In this document: piece after piece, positions 60,949 through 64,000 of the stretch
Position numbering within the stretch: position 1 is the first letter of the stretch
Layout: each line of letters starts with the position of its first letter
From: Takakia lepidozioides
Taxonomy: Eukaryota; Plantae; Bryophyta
Reading direction: 5' to 3'
Length of the DNA: 64,000 nucleotides
Assembly: GCA_030704615.1 (NCBI GenBank)
Contig: CM060733.1
Location: 9,672,001-9,736,000, forward strand
The notes under the pieces: generated by a model
What the model was told of the DNA's origin: nothing
The model's database searches: none
What the model saw: the letters and a program-made list of their open reading frames with translations, nothing else
Position numbers and translations under genes: made by a program

Positions 60949-63277
60949 ATGGCACAGGGAAGTGGATATTGGATAAAGATGAGGGAGGAATGGAGCCTTT
61001 GATATACGGTAATCCCGAACACTGTCAGTGCCACTGAAATTGTTGAGTGCAACCTATATGGACTGCAGCTTTTTTATCGTAAGGATCGGCTACTCGCTCA
61101 CCTCGGCTATAGAAGTGTGAAGAGCAATGGGATGGGTTTATGCCTTAAAGTACCAATGCGGGTAAGAACCCACTTTGCTCAGTGTGGAGGCAATATTTCA
61201 ATGTCTCTGGATGTAGACACAACCTCTGAGCAGAATACTTCATCTTTCCGTCAGGAGGCCCCAATTAGTACCCAAGAGGACTCTCACTACAACAAATGGG
61301 GGGGGGGGGGGTTTGCGACGCCAGCCGCGCCACCACGCCCCGCACGGCCCTAACTCCGCGACGCTGAGCCCGCGATGCTTTTTTACGACGCCCCGACATC
61401 GCAATCCCCCGCTGCGACACCATTGCGACGCCCAGCCGTCGTAAGGTGGCATGAAGTGGGAAAGAGGGCCCTCGCTGCGACGGATTTTTTTTTCTTGCAA
61501 CGCTCCGGTGTCGCAAATGTTTTTTTTTTTTTTACGTCGCGACGCCTCGGCGTCGCAAAAGCATCACTGAGGGCGCCCAGTGCCTCTGTGAAGCTAGGGC
61601 GTCGCAACAACATCACCACAATAAGAGTTTTTTTTTTTTTTTGGGCTTTGTGGCCCTCAACTTCACAAAAACGTCGTTGGGGGGCGCCCCGCGCTGGGAC
61701 GGCCAACACTGCGACGCCAAGGGGTCGCAACGGCGTCGCCACAGGGGGGGTCACAATGGTGTTGTAGTCAGCTTAGGTCATCACAAAGACGTCGCTTGGG
61801 GTGCCTGGCGGCGGTGGGGGCTGCAACAACGGCGACGAGGTTGGGGTTGGGGTTGGGGCTGGGTACTAAGGTTGTGGAGGTTACAACTCCCAGGCTTCAC
61901 AAGAGGAACCCCCTTAGAAGGAACTTGAAGGAAATCTTCATATATATATATATATATATATATAACTTTTGTGATACATAGATGTAGCATAGGTGTGTTG
62001 GTTAGTCTATAGTGTCTTAGTAAGGTTATAACGTTGAGATCTTAGGTTCAAGTATGCATTGCATGATATATGTAGAACAATGAACATATCGTCATTAGAC
62101 AGAACCGGAGTCAATGGTCAACAAGTTTTTGAAATTCAAATTTTTTCGCCTAAATTCAAATGTACCCCCTTAAATTGCGACGTCGCACTTTGCACCCCCG
62201 GACAGTGCTAATTTTGCAATGCAGAATAGGTTTTTTTTTTTTTTTTTGCGACGCCAGGGCGTCGCAAATCGCAGTTTCACCTCTTTGCGACCCTTATTGG
62301 TCGCAAATTTGCGACATTTTTTGGCAACGGGCTTGCGACGCCCGGGCGTCGCAAATTTGGTTCTCCCCCCTGCCCGAAAATGGCTGTTTTACGACACCGC
62401 GACGTGGGTGTGACGGGGCCTCGGCGTCAAAAACCCCCATTTTCTTATAGTGTCTTGTGAGGCTTCAGATGTCCGGGGACAAGTGGGTTATGCCGGAGGA
62501 CACCTGCTTCAACACCTCTTTGTATCCCTACACTTCAACAGAGTAGAGGATTACGGCAGCCTTCCATGCAGGAAGGCCTTAACTTGTCTGCGAAAAGGCA
62601 GTTGGATAAAAAATGGGCGCAGTTTTTCTTCGAGGCCAACATATTGTTTAATGTGGCAAGGCATCCGGCATTTGTTTCTACCGTTAGAGCAACCTCGGAG
62701 TCCAAATCCACGTACGTGTTTTCTTCTTATCACAATCTTCGCACAAGATTGCTAAAAGACGTCATGACAGAGCTTACCCAGAAGATCAACGATAGGACGG
62801 GCGAGTCTCTGAGAAAATATGGAAGCACTATATGTGCCAATGGATGGAGTTATGTTACAAACAGACCATTGTTCAATGTCATGCTCGTATGGCCAGCTGA
62901 GAAACAGTTTTTGGGATCGGTAAACACTAGCGGCGAGAGGAAATATGGACGTTATCAATGTCAGCTATTGACGGACTTCATCGAACAGGTCGAAAGTGAT
63001 AGAATCGTGCAAATATGCATAGACAATGCCGCTAGCATGAGGAACACTGTAGACATATTATTGGCACGATATCCCCATATATACTACCAAGGTTGTGTAG
63101 CTCATATCCTTGAAGATTAGGAAAAAGAATAGTGGGTGAAACAACTTGTGCGGCGAGCGAAGACCGTTGTGTCGTTCATCCATACACACCACATCCCTTT
63201 GGCAATATATAGGAGGCGCATGAACCAAAATACAACCTCCGGAATCCAGGCGAAACCCGTTTTGTCACTAACTCTTT
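60949..63277 (+). pseudogene. Decayed hAT transposase (BED-finger-like N-terminus plus DUF659), split by a CACTA insertion
   Basis: EEW..VECNLY..YRKDRLLAHLG..GLC, then WAQFFFEANILFNVARHPAF..SYHNLRTRLL..STICANGWS..RPLFNVM..IVQICIDNAASM..GCVAHIL..PGETRF; contains stops and frameshifts, and the first catalytic Asp (DGW) reads NGW. Confidence 0.88.
61285..62452. mobile_element. Non-autonomous CACTA (En/Spm) element
   Basis: 5' CACTACAACAAATGGGGG; 3' CCCCCATTTTCTTATAGTG; 3-bp TSD TCT; dense GCGACG/CGTCGC subterminal repeats. Confidence 0.92.
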
Positions 63278-63770
63278 TGTCAAGTTAAATAAACACAGTG
63301 TGAAACTAACTAGAATAAAGCTAGTTATTTATATTTAACACTTGGATTTAGTTCAAGTGTTAAGTCAGGTGTCAAGTTTAGCTTGACACCTGAACCATCT
63401 TATCTTCACGAGAGTGTCAGTCGTGTGGCTTATCTCTCTCGAGTTGAGCCTGCACGACCGAGCTCCTTCTCTGCTTAGAATCTGAGTGTGCTTATGAAGG
63501 GAGAATAGGATGTTGTGGGGTGGAGTCCCCATAGCTTGGGGTGCCCCTGGCTCGACTCTTAGTTTTAATGAGTGATTGTGTTGTATTGAGTGTTTCTGTG
63601 TCAACAGTGTGAATCTAGTTTCCAATCACTCAAGAGAGATCAGCTTGCATCTGTGAGTGCCAGAGGTGAGTTTAGTTTTAGCACTTGTGGTTTTTTGTTT
63701 GAAAGTGAGAGAAATGATTATCTGTGTTCAGGTAATCTTTAATTAGAAAGATGTCAAGTGCATCATCAAC
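63278..63770. mobile_element. Possible LTR-like segment truncating the hAT transposase
   Basis: TGTCAAG...TCAACA ends, starting exactly where transposase homology stops; no TSD or PBS found. Confidence 0.3.
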
Positions 63771-64000
63771 AGTAGAGTTCCAGTGCGGACTTTGTTCAAC
63801 TTTCTTCATTGTGCAGGCTCTGGCATTTTTTGCTCATGTGATCTGCCAACTCGTCAGCCGCAGCAGCAACGCATAGGAACACGAAGTCGGGGCGTTGTGC
63901 AGGTTACACTGGAGCTGAAATGGGGTTTTAGCATAACTTTGAGAACATGGAGGGATTCGGAGCAGACATGCTTTCTATGTTGGTTCAGCCTACCTTGCCT

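Noticed and set aside
61240-62450. Several overlapping Arg/Ala-rich ORFs
   Set aside because: By-products of GC-rich CACTA subterminal repeats.

Overview
Eukaryotic nuclear DNA from a land plant with flagellated sperm, most likely a bryophyte (moss-like; inferred from gene content, not from a database search). The ORF track misses most genes because they are spliced. Manual exon assembly gives eight apparently intact genes: two intronless F-box genes (247-2196, 49517-50677), a 13-exon plastid alpha/beta-hydrolase (At1g52510-like) head-to-head with a 7-exon fibrillin FBN7/PGL34, a 3-exon DUF506 gene with six upstream P1BS (PHR1) sites, a 7-exon sperm-tail PG-rich repeat (SHIPPO/ODF3-like) gene, a 5-exon AIG2-like gene, and a small plant membrane protein. 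The 36.4-49.9 kb region is a roughly 5.7-kb tandem duplication (AIG2 3' end, PPR-DYW pseudogene, F-box 3' end). Its two copies differ by filled/empty sites for a Helitron, a Mutator-type MITE and a retro-element tail, and by a 0.8-kb inversion. Also present are hAT MITEs, LINE 3' fragments, a long inverted repeat upstream of an F-box gene, a 50-bp-period palindrome array, and a decayed hAT transposase with a nested CACTA element. There are no rRNA genes, complete tRNA genes or CRISPR arrays. Coordinates were read by eye; exon boundaries follow GT/GC-AG rules plus remembered homology and are not confirmed by transcripts.
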